Origin: Azolla caroliniana
Lineage: Eukaryota; Plantae; Polypodiophyta
Direction: 5' to 3'
Assembly (NCBI GenBank): GCA_043228905.1
Contig: JBHGNT010001327.1
Location: forward strand, 1 to 9,793
Length of the DNA stretch: 9,793 bases
The translations under genes and the position numbers were made by a program. The notes below the pieces were generated by a model. It saw only the letters and a program-made list of their open reading frames with translations. It made no database searches and had not been told where the DNA came from. Below, piece after piece: positions 1 to 8,656 of the stretch (the stretch's first letter is position 1; each line of letters begins with the position of its first letter).

Positions 1-890
1 AAGGTTTGCATTTTTTGTTGTTAATCAAGTTAATGAAATGACATGATTTTGTCATAAGTACTTATATAAAACCTCAATCTTTTATTGAAATCAATGATAG
101 CAAATGCAACGCTAGAAATAAATAAGAATGTGTAACAAAGTTTGGGTACAATATGACAAGTAATAGAATGTATATCTTATATGGCTTCGACTAAAATGTC
201 ATCTTATAAACCTTTTCTCTCTAACTTTAAGTGGTGTATGTACCACCTATGGTGACACTTTACCATTGGTCAAAAACTTACCTCTAAAATTGTGAGTGGT
301 CAACCTAAATGTGGACCTTCTCTAGACCACACTCTCTATATGGTTATCACATTGTCACAGACTTATTCCTTTGATATTTTGTCAACAACTTTTAAGATGT
401 CCCCGTTACTATTATTGTTTATATTTATCACATCATGATTTAAGCCATTTGTCTTTTTGTTATGAAGGGTTAAACTTGACTAAGATTGGAAGTGGCTTTT
501 AAACCATGAAACATATGCATTTTGGCATGATCCAATGTTGGGAATATGAAGCAAGATTATTACGGGTAGGGTCCATGAGCTATGGCATTCACAACATTAG
601 GTAAAGTGAACTAGACATAAAGTTAATGTTGTATGAGGACATTTATAATCTTGCAATAGAGTCAAACTTGCAATCCTAAAATGTGACCATGTACTCAACT
701 CACAAGAGTAGATTCTCGCGTATCCACGATTACCCATATCACAATGAAATTCGTTTAAACCATAAAAGAACTAGTTAAATGATTTGAAATCACAAAAGTA
801 TAACACAATGGCACTTTAACACTTTCTCATTGTATGTGGATTTTCAAAGTCAACTTTTTTTTGATCAAACTGCTTCATTGTTTAAACCTT
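1..890 (+). mobile_element. Degenerate Ty1/copia LTR-retrotransposon pol relic A (RT C-terminus + RNase H), truncated by the window edge
   Basis: Colinear copia motifs read across stops and frameshifts: E-M-T-(D) 35-47 (FEMTDLG); IGQKLTSK 265-288 and VD 311-316; IWLSH...DL.SF 338-372 (LIYLT.TRPDLSF); ggt taa act (t)gac taa gat tgg 468-489 = G(Y)TD(S)DW; YAF...PM...SK ~514-555; ILKCDH 673-690 (LxCDN); HKRT 761-772, FEI 783-791, WHF 809-817 (HxRTKHxEIxxHF); DQTA..LFKP 863-889 (DQxADxFTKP). Order and overall spacing fit copia. The right boundary is uncertain (860-930). Confidence 0.7.
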
Positions 891-899
891 GTCATGGAG

Positions 900-1483
900 T
901 TATTGTTCAACTATGATAGGCCCTCTTAATGCGATCTAGAAGAATTTTGACCTAGCTTTGATCAAAAAGTTTGAAGGGAGAGCTTGTAGATCAAAGTGAG
1001 AGCTTACACTTACATATCTTCCCCGATTCCTTGTTTCTAAAATTTCAAACTCATATGCATGCAAAGCGGAACCTAGACAACTAACCAATCAAATCATACA
1101 GTCAAAATGTTCTTTCATTGTAGTTTTATGCATACGCATTCATTCATGAGTAACGGAATAGTTCGAACTTAAGGCCTACTTTTTATCTTATACATTGTGC
1201 CTATATGCCAATTTGTTGCTTACATGCATGTTTACTATATACCTCTTTTGTTGTAAATTTTTTTGACAATATGCTAAGTGTACTTATAAAACAAATTTAC
1301 CAAGAATGGTTAATATATATATGCTTAAGTGTACTGATTTTACGATGTCGAGTCTTTTTGTTTTTTCGGACCAAGTTAAAGGATGCTAAATTTTGGATGT
1401 TTTGACAATCAAACCATCTCTCAATTTGAACTATTTAGTTGTCTTATTATCGAATCAATCAGAGTTTATTGAAGTTGGGAGAT
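900..1483 (+). mobile_element. Degenerate Ty1/copia pol relic B (RT end + RNase H + polypurine tract)
   Basis: Mostly frame +2: RRIL 938-949 ... LKG 971-979 (KRILRYLKGT); LHLHIFPDS...QTHMHA 1004-1063 (GLxxxPxS..L.AYxDADW, decayed). ORF 1205-1405 carries FDN 1262-1270 (CDN) and IYQEWLIYI 1295-1321, a few substitutions from xYHERxKHI (cgg>tgg, cat>tat). *ILDVLT.KP..SQFE 1387-1430 matches QxADxLTKPL. Then gaagttgggagat|tgttg at 1471-1488, a typical copia PPT/LTR junction. Confidence 0.7.
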
Positions 1484-1727
1484 TGTTGCATTAACAAAGT
1501 TCTCGATTAGTTGGGAAGGGATGAAGCTGAAGGGAGACAAACTTGATCAGAATGTTTGCCTAATTAAACTTATCATGACTTTTCTAGAGCAAAAATATTG
1601 TCTCATATAGTAAAATAGATTGGTTATCTTTCATGGTCTTTGGGCCCCCTTGTAGTTTTCATCAAAGATATATAGCATTCTTTATTATCGGTTTATTGAT
1701 GTACCACACTAATTATAGTTTCAAACA
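1484..1727 (+). repeat. Probable 3' LTR of copia relic B (end uncertain)
   Basis: Starts TGTTG directly after the purine tract gggagat. Candidate end ...tcaaaca at 1727 is an imperfect inverse of TGTTG. There is no second LTR copy in the window to confirm it. Confidence 0.35.
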
Positions 1728-1999
1728 ATTACCATGCGCCATTAATCAAGATTCTAGAGATTGTTGATGTCATCTCTGGCTCTTAACATAGTAGTATGTT
1801 GTTTTGTAGAGAATACGTGCCTTCTTGAACTTTGCTCTTCATGAGTTGGGTTGTCCCTACCAACATTTGTTATTTGTTGTTTTGTAGAAAAAAAACATAC
1901 AACCCACTAGAATTATGGCAAGTTTACAACGTCAAACCCATTGACCCAAAGTTGAACTCATAACCTACTGTTGTAAATCAAATCCATCACTAAAACGTT

Positions 2000-3490
2000 G
2001 AAACAACAACCTTACTATTGTAAAGAAAAAGCTTGAATAGTACAACATTATTTCTATATATTTAATTATTTGTTTGAGTTCAATAATGTACCAACATTAT
2101 GAATATATTTAAGCAATCATTTATGAGGTCTAAAGCTTCTTATATTGTGCAATTTCATATTGCGCTTGTGTGTGTAATATCTTGTTATAATCCTTTGTAA
2201 AAAAACTATGTGATTGGAACATTCTAAAAAAGGAGATTGAGTAGCCTGAACATGAGGAAAAAATGACACTAGAATTAATAAATTTTCTAGCAACAATGCA
2301 ATAATTGAACCAACCTCCCCAATAAACCAAGCCCATATTGTTTTCCAAATGTCAACCTACAATAACTAATGTATTTTAGAAATATGGGCTAGAAGTTTAA
2401 TTACCATTTTTCTTGTGCATGATCTCTAATGAGCATTGTTTGTGATAGTTGAGAAAGAGCTACACATCTAAGCATGCTTACTAGTAACTCTAGCTACCTT
2501 TAATGGGCAAGTAAGTGTTAGGTTGTGGTCCTCATGACTTCATTTCCATGTGATCATACAAATCCATATTACCCAATGGTGGGAAATTAATAATGCAAAA
2601 TGTTCACCTTCTTGTTAAAAGGCGCAAATTGTGGACATGTTTCTTCTTACCTTGAATTTAAGGTAGCTCCTAAAGTGTGCATGTTCTAGAGTAAGGAGCT
2701 AGTTGATTACTTAAGACTCAAGAGTATACCTAACAAACCCTATACCCTTAACTAGTTTAGGGAGTACTTCTTCACCCATTGTATTCTTTGTATGTTAGAA
2801 CCTAGGTAGTAGTATAAAATTGAATTGTCGGATACTAAACATAGCCTTGCTTGGTGATGAATCTATATGTGAGATATGCATATGAATGATAGAATACCAA
2901 ATAAATCCTTGATTGGCAGTATTTAAAACAATAATACCAATAAAATATAGCTATGTTAGTTTTCAAATTTCCAAACTTCCCAATTGGATGTGATAATGTA
3001 TGATCATCACAGTTTTAAACACAAGCTCTTTTATGCCATAAAGATAAGGCGATGTCCTAATGTAATAATAACCTATAAGAAAATCAAAGGGAGAAATTAG
3101 TCGAGACTGACCCATTTAGGGGATTACCTTTGATTTTTGAGAACTAGGAATGACACTTTATTTGAAATCATGTGTACTACATTACAAGATCCATCAAACT
3201 CATGTCTTAACAAAAAGCAGGGGTTGCAAAAGTCAATAATTAATTGTGCAAATGACCAATCCGTTGATTGATCAAACGATTAAAATGTTTTTTTTATTCA
3301 ATGTTTGAAAACATCGTTAAAGATTTCGGTTGTTCATCATAAGAAAGAAGGAAGAATAACAAGCCACTTATTTATTTATTTGCCCAAGTACAATTATAGT
3401 GCGCACAATCTTTGTATTCCTAGGATTACGGTGCTCGACTCTTGTTTTTGTGTGGCGTAGACATTTTGCAAACAAGCAAGAATACTTTTT
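2000..3490 (-). mobile_element. Degenerate non-LTR retrotransposon (LINE, L1/Tx1-like) ORF2 reverse transcriptase relic
   Basis: Minus-strand motifs in correct order: LFAKCL ~3475-3458; FDQSTDWSF ~3276-3250 (KAFDxVxWxF); LLRHEF...VHMI ~3213-3166; SKVI-LNGSVSTNFSL* ~3133-3084; SPYLY 3052-3038 (RQGCPLSPYLF); tag tat (g)cc gac aat tca att tta tac 2837-2812 = (Q)Y(A)D(D)SILY; GATLN ~2670-2656; RLTF(W)KQYGLGLLGRLV ~2358-2308 (RLxxWxxxxLSxxGR). Both ends are approximate, and the 3' part may extend to ~1730. Confidence 0.75.
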
Positions 3491-4029
3491 AAATTTGTCT
3501 CACCTATTATCATTTATAAATAGTTTCCCTACACACAAAGTATGATATTAAAATTGCCCCCGAAAAAGGGGGCTTTTCAACTTGGCATTGTGTCATTCAA
3601 ATTTTCCGAAAGTAGGCTATACGTAATGAAATGGGATTTTCAGCTTTGCCTACTCCATGAACTATTTTTAAAATTTAAACTATTTTTTTCTTTCAAAATA
3701 GCGTGCATCACTCCTTGATCTCGACAATGTATATACCTAGCAAGTTTTTATGTATTAACCATTTGAAAATTTTCTTTATAAAATTAATGGCTTTCCTTCT
3801 CTCTAAATCTTCAAAATATCTATAGAGATTTTGATCTTTACAATGTACGTACCTTGATTTTGACAGTACAATAAGTTTAATAACAAATCAAGTTGCACCC
3901 AAATTACCATGATTTGAAGTAGGGTTCCTCTAATGTTTTCTTGATTTATTGTTATCTATAATATGACGACAAAAGGAGACATACAAACGAAATATTTTGT
4001 GTGTTATGTACAAAAATCTGTTACAAATG

Positions 4030-5582
4030 CAAAAGTGACAATGGAACATTGGCATCTACTAGTATTTCAACACACCTTGTTTGTTTTATATGGATTGAAA
4101 ATGTTGCAAGAAATAAAATTGCATTGATTTTGTGTACTTTGTGTATAAAACCATGTCTAGTTGTGTGACCCCCTTGAATCACAAGAGCGAAGCACATGTC
4201 GCTCAAGCATAAAACTCCCCATGTCTCTTCTCCTCTAAATTTTTAATTCAAGATGATTACAAGTCTCAATCGCAAATTGCATGGCCTTTGAGATCTCCTA
4301 GATGTTAGTAATATCTTGAAAAGCAGACATCTCATGACGAAATCAATACACCCCTTGCATGCACCATCTATCAAAAGTAAAATGGGGGGGGGGTGGTTTC
4401 CTTCACTACCACTATCCCAACTTTGAGAAATTATTAATATCACAATGTTTGAAGCCACTTCCTTGTGATGACTCTCACATCCCATAAAAGATCACAAATG
4501 TACAAAAGTTTGATGCGATTGTGGAGGAAAGAAGGATTAAAGCGAATCTAAATATTCAACCGAATGATTTTCTCTAGAATCTTCCTAGTCAAGTTGTAAC
4601 TTATTCTTATTTCCATTGCATAAACACATTTTTAATTGGACACATATCCATACCTTAATTATGTGGCATCACTATTCTTAATCCAAATTTGTTTTCTTGC
4701 CCACCATATTATAATGTTTGAAGAACTTTGATTCGAGATCAAACTTTTATGTAATCACTATCTATAATATAGGTAAAATCTACTACAACTATTTTGATAT
4801 TAAAAAAGTGCATGCTAGAAAATGGTCATAAATGAATAACCTCATGCATTTATGCGTAAAGAGGATTATAACTATTGTGACCCTTCCTACATATTCAAAT
4901 CACTTTAGTATTAATGTAGCTCTTATTCCTTGATTTCAATATACTTCAGAAATAGCAAGTTTGTGATTTCAAAACATGATGTGAGAAATTGAAACTTCAC
5001 TCCCTTTAAAAATACAGTATTTTTAAGCCTACCATACGCTCAAAGAGTTAATCTTTGCTTTTAATTTATACTCACATTCAGCATAGTGATCAAGGAGTAT
5101 GATAAGACAAAGAAACATAGAAAGAGAGAAATATGGATTAACGGGAAGAAACTGATGAACACAATCAATATGTCTATATATGCAAGTCCTAGGAACAGAC
5201 GAATATGCAAAGATACTAGGTTTTCTATAGGGATACCCCCTTACCAAGATTCCTCGTCCAAAATGTAGTGAAATGTTTGGCTCATATTTTCCTAAGGTTA
5301 AGGTGTAATATAGCCTAAGTGTTTTTTTTAGATTGAGTGTGAAATGCAACCAACTATCTATGATATGTCAATATATGTAAACATTTAATTAGATAGCACA
5401 ATCATCAAGGATTTGATGTTCTACACAAGATACAAAACATAAACAATTAGGATTGAGCATCAAACTATTGGTTATGTTGCATTGACTTCTTCATTGTTGG
5501 TGCTTTTTTCTCCTCATTATAAGTGTTTCGTATATCATTTCATGGTTTTTTGTAATATGCAAACATAACTTGTACCACACTT
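4030..5582 (+). mobile_element. Old LINE (L1/Tx1-like) ORF2 relic, left part (RT domain); may begin nearer 3600
   Basis: PMSLL 4218-4232 (RPISLL); YK 4258-4263 + IANCMA 4269-4286 (YKxxAKxLA); GF 4395-4400 followed by decayed ENL/EA; FDAI-W 4509-4524 (KAFDxIxW); IQICFLA...EEL 4681-4728 (IRQGCPLAP...EAL); NSKFV[insertion] 4951-4965 (SQFADD); YAKILGFL*GYPL 5204-5242 (KxLGxPxG); KCNQLSM 5342-5362 (WxxxxLS); GFL* 5544-5555 (FLW). Confidence 0.75.
5567..5582. repeat. Target-site duplication, left copy (aacttgtaccacactt)
   Basis: Exact 16-bp match to 6332-6347. It runs into the T8 tract at 5581-5588, which is the poly(A) tail on the minus strand. Confidence 0.9.
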
Positions 5583-5745
5583 TTTTTTGCCCAAAAAAAC
5601 ATTACTCGCATTAGTTAGCAAACAAAGTACATCAAAGTTCAACCATTAAGATGCACAAAGCCTAACCTCAGAGTGATCTATATATCCAACAACTCCAAAA
5701 TTCAACAAAACTCATGCCGATCTTCTCCTCACAAATTTGATCATA

Positions 5746-5843
5746 ATCCCCACCCCCTCATTTACAACAAAATTATCCCACCTACTCTTTTACAACAAAG
5801 TTATTTGTGTACCACAACTATAGTAACTTGTACCGCAACTATA
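5746..5843. repeat. Two short tandem duplications in the LINE 3' UTR
   Basis: atccccaccccctcatttacaacaaaatt (5746-5774) / atcccacctactcttttacaacaaagtt (5775-5802); gtaccacaactata (5809-5822) / gtaccgcaactata (5830-5843). Confidence 0.85.
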
Positions 5844-6331
5844 CATATTTACATCTCCTGTCCACTAATGGGAGCCTTGGTGGAAACAACCACCTGGGTG
5901 CTTGGTAGTTCCATTTAGGCCTTGTCGAAGATTTGACTATCATAGGAGAACCGCCCCATTTAGCAAAAACTTTGACCGTGCTCTTTCTGCTTCGTTTAAT
6001 TCCCCTTGAATCGAGCCATACCGTCCACACAACCAGGATACTAGCGCGAACTAGATATTTAACAACGCCTCGCCGCTTATGAGCTTTTGTTGTTGAAAAA
6101 CAAACTTACTACGCCTGGTCCAGATGTGCCAAACTGATAAGCACGCCACCATCATCCATATCTCCTAAAAAAATGCAGAGTTTGTGCCAAGGTCGCACAC
6201 CAACACATTGGAACACACTGCCACCCTATACTTTAAATCCATGACCACTTGGGTTTAATTATTCCACCCATCCTTCCTCTGTTAACTTCAAACCCTGTAA
6301 GGACCCCCAAACAACTTTCCCATTCACACTG
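5839..6331 (-). pseudogene. LINE ORF2 C-terminal fragment (downstream of zf-RVT) with a few stops and two frameshifts
   Basis: Reads KVVWGSLQGLKLTEEGWVE*LNPSGHGFKV*GGSVFQC... then F*EIWMMVACLSVWHIWTRRSKFVFQQQKLISGEALLNI*FALVSWLCGRYGSIQGELNEAERARSKFLL (WHIW at 6131-6120). It then shifts into KWGGSPMIVKSSTRPKWNYQAPRWLFPP...YV*, the second half of supplied ORF 5839..6030. Confidence 0.85.
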
Positions 6332-6347
6332 AACTTGTACCACACTT
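6332..6347. repeat. Target-site duplication, right copy (aacttgtaccacactt)
   Basis: Exact 16-bp match to 5567-5582. Confidence 0.9.
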
Positions 6348-7900
6348 CATTCGTGTGAACTTATTGCTTTATTTTTTGGGGGAGGAAAAAAAACATCTAG
6401 TAAGTTTGCACAAGAGACGTGGGTCACTAAAACAACATTGCTTGTTGATTTGGGTCCATGAACCATTTGTAATTGTAGTGCTTTTATAAAATTATTAGAT
6501 TATAAAATCACTTAAGCTTACAAGTGAATTACCAAATGAATGCATTGCGTCCAAGAAGAGAGATATTGTCATAATTGAAGAAGCTTCGAGGGAATGTGGT
6601 GTGCTCCCTTGGGCCCCAACAATTGAATATTTTATCACGCCTATAAATGGGATGAAAACTAGTTAGGCCCTATATTGGAAGATATTCCACTAAACGAACA
6701 AGAATGAAAGAGATATTATTCCCCATTGTATGAGTATAAGGATATCATGCATAGTTTTTTATTAACCAACAGTTTATAATATAAGAGTTACAAATGTTTG
6801 AATACAAACTCACTTGCGTCTCTAAGCTAAGAAACATAGTTTGAAGGAAGCACCAGATCAAAACATTGGACGTAAAGAATATTGTGCCAATGCGTGAATG
6901 ATTGAGTCCAAGGATCTTAGTTCTTGAATTGTTGACATCAAAGTGAACATATTTTTAAATATTCCTTGAACAATTTTAAATCAAATATAATTTTCAAAAT
7001 GAGATTTCCATCCAATCATATAGCCTTTCTATATCTAATAGGAAGAAAAATAAAAAAATATTCATTGCTCATAAATGTGTATCATAAATATCTACACAAT
7101 ATGCTTACCCTAGAATTGTATGCTATCCTTTTCTCGAGATATTGGTTATTGTGCTTTTCTTTGTTATTCTCACTACTTGCCACTTAAGTTTTACTAATCT
7201 CGAGGGTTTAAAAAAAAAAGGTTGTACATGTTTTGAAAAACCATACATTATATTTACATTGCAAATATAGGAAAAGTGTGTTTAATTCATTGAAGAAGTG
7301 TTTTAATTGTTATTTATCCACATGTTACAAAGAAGATCTAATGAAACCTCAAGAACAATGAGAAAGGATTTGCTCGTCTTCTCTCCTTTGCCAATTTGCA
7401 CCATGCAAAATAACATAGTATTCTTATTGCCACCAAAATAATGACTTCCAAAAGCTACTCTTCGGGTGAAACTTTAAAAGTTCACCCATATGGTTGATGT
7501 ATCTCTCATGACTCGTTAAATACATTCCAATCATCACAAGTTATTTCCCATTACTTGTACTCAAGATAGCTCCAATTACATCATTGCACCACATACTCAA
7601 TGCATGGATTCTAAACATGACTATGCCCTAAAATAACACCCTCTTTTGACAACTTTGGCATTTAGGACAAAGTAATGCACCAAAATATAATGCCCTTTTT
7701 TATCATTTAGGCCATGTTACATGAGCTTGCATTACCATACTGCAAAACATAGCCTTGAACTATATTAATATGATGAGAGACAAATAATTGGATTTAAGTT
7801 CTTGATTTAATGGTTGGTTGGTCACTATAAGGAGAATTGTTTCATTGTAGTGCTTTATACATGAACCTTTCAAACATCCATGTCCACTAATGTGCTTACT
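6348..7900 (+). mobile_element. Old LINE ORF2 relic, right part (post-RT region to zf-RVT zinc knuckle), continuing 4030-5582
   Basis: H-V*TYC 6348-6367 then GG (VAWxxCxxPKxxGG); WVTK 6420-6431 (AKWVxK); KLVR..WK ~6656-6681; F*QLWH...PK 7644-7685 and I*AMLHELALP 7705-7737 (WxxxxxPKxxxFxWxxxHxxLP of zf-RVT); C 7838, C 7846, H 7875, CP 7881 (decayed CCHC). Confidence 0.7.
6458..6545. mobile_element. Small palindromic MITE-like element (left arm partly deleted)
   Basis: Nested inverted repeats: catttg-taatt 6464-6474 vs aattaccaaatg 6527-6538, and agtgcttttataa 6477-6489 vs ttataaaatcact 6500-6512 (1 mismatch). No TSD could be identified. Confidence 0.5.
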
Positions 7901-7971
7901 CCAACTCTTAATCCATGACATTTTGGCACTCCTATGAAGTGAAGGATCCTAAAATTTCAAGTTGAGTTCAA

Positions 7972-8619
7972 TGTCACGGTTGAGTATTGCAAGTGAAATG
8001 CAATGACATGGATGAGATAGAGGTTTTTTTGCAGCGGTGTCGCAAATATACATGCGTGCGTCTGAAACGGGAGTGGAACCTCCGGGGGAATTGAACTAGA
8101 GAGGATGGGTGTGAGTGAATGCGAATATACATGTGTGAAAGGTGACTCCAAAAAGTTTATAGCCCTTGTGTGTTTATATATGTAACTCAAAAGGTTAAGA
8201 TGTTTTAGTGTATTTAATAATGTTTAAGTCTGATAAAGTATGACGGAATTATCTTATATAAGAACATAAATGAGTTTAAGGATATATTTTAATATGCAAG
8301 GCCAACATGTCTGAAGGAAGGTGTATATGTTGCTTGTTAGTGTAAGCATTAACATGTAAGTGTGTATGTATGCATCAATATATGAGAATGTGCTACTGTG
8401 TTTATGTATGTTTGGATATGTTATGTGTATGTATATTTGTCTTGTATGTGTGTTGTGTATGTGCTTGTTTTTAAGTTAACATGTAGGTTTAGGAAGTGAC
8501 GTGCACTTAAATTTTAAAGTGAGGGTTTGTGTAAGAGAATAAATATATATATGTGGATTTGTATGTTCATGGTTTGGGGAAAAGAAAAGAGTGTAAGTCT
8601 TGTGGGTAGGGTCCTAATA
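7972..8619 (-). mobile_element. Probable 3' LTR (~650 bp) of a Ty3/gypsy-like retrotransposon
   Basis: The minus strand starts T(A)TTAGGACCC (TG>TA decay) one base after a long purine tract and ends ...AACCGTGACA (plus strand tgtcacgg at 7972). It contains a TATA-like box, is non-coding, and begins just after the LINE similarity stops. The superfamily is inferred only from terminal style. Confidence 0.6.
8173..8180 (-). promoter_or_regulatory. TATA-like box within the putative LTR
   Basis: TATATAAA on the minus strand about 200 bp before the LTR end, a plausible U3/R position. Confidence 0.4.
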
Positions 8620-8620
8620 A

Positions 8621-8639
8621 CTTCCCTTTTCCTTTTTCT
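8621..8639 (-). other. Polypurine tract (plus-strand primer) adjacent to the LTR
   Basis: Minus strand agaaaaaggaaaagggaag (19 purines), followed by t and then tattaggaccc. Confidence 0.6.
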
Positions 8640-8656
8640 AAAGTATAAAATGATGG

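Larger units (their letters stand above)
5583..6331 (-). mobile_element. Younger 5'-truncated LINE insertion (~750 bp): ORF2 C-terminus + 3' UTR + A-tail
   Basis: Flanked by an exact 16-bp direct repeat, with an A8 tail at the minus-strand 3' end. Visibly more GC-rich and CpG-rich than its flanks. Encodes the plant LINE ORF2 C-terminal WxIWxxRxxxxF motif. Confidence 0.9.

Noticed and set aside
81-180. Frame reading IEINDSKC...MTSNRMYIL, resembling the copia region before GAG-pre-integrase, plus an ELWH..LGKVN-like read at ~577-611
   Set aside because: Both lie inside a longer colinear RT/RNase H motif series and their spacing does not fit, so they are treated as chance.
973-990. gaagggagag-ct-TGTAGA as PPT and 3' LTR start of copia A
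   Set aside because: It is better explained as the in-frame LKG of KRILRYLKG in relic B, whose coding motifs continue directly downstream.
1205-1405. 66-aa ORF as a small membrane-protein gene
   Set aside because: It is a decayed copia RNase H segment (FDN, IYQEW..YI).
3556-3577. GCCCCC-GAAAAA-GGGGGC-TTTT hairpin resembling a rho-independent terminator
   Set aside because: The context is eukaryotic retroelement debris with no upstream bacterial-type gene. A 6-bp stem made of homopolymer runs arises easily by chance.
4021-5349. Supplied ORFs 4021-4206, 4243-4485, 5029-5349 (-) and 5086-5268 (+) as genes
   Set aside because: They are antisense or off-frame shadows of the plus-strand LINE RT relic with no recognisable domains.
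5587-5598. LPKK read as a continuation of the old LINE (CxLPKxxGG)
   Set aside because: It falls inside the A-tail and 3' end of the nested LINE. The true continuation resumes at 6348.
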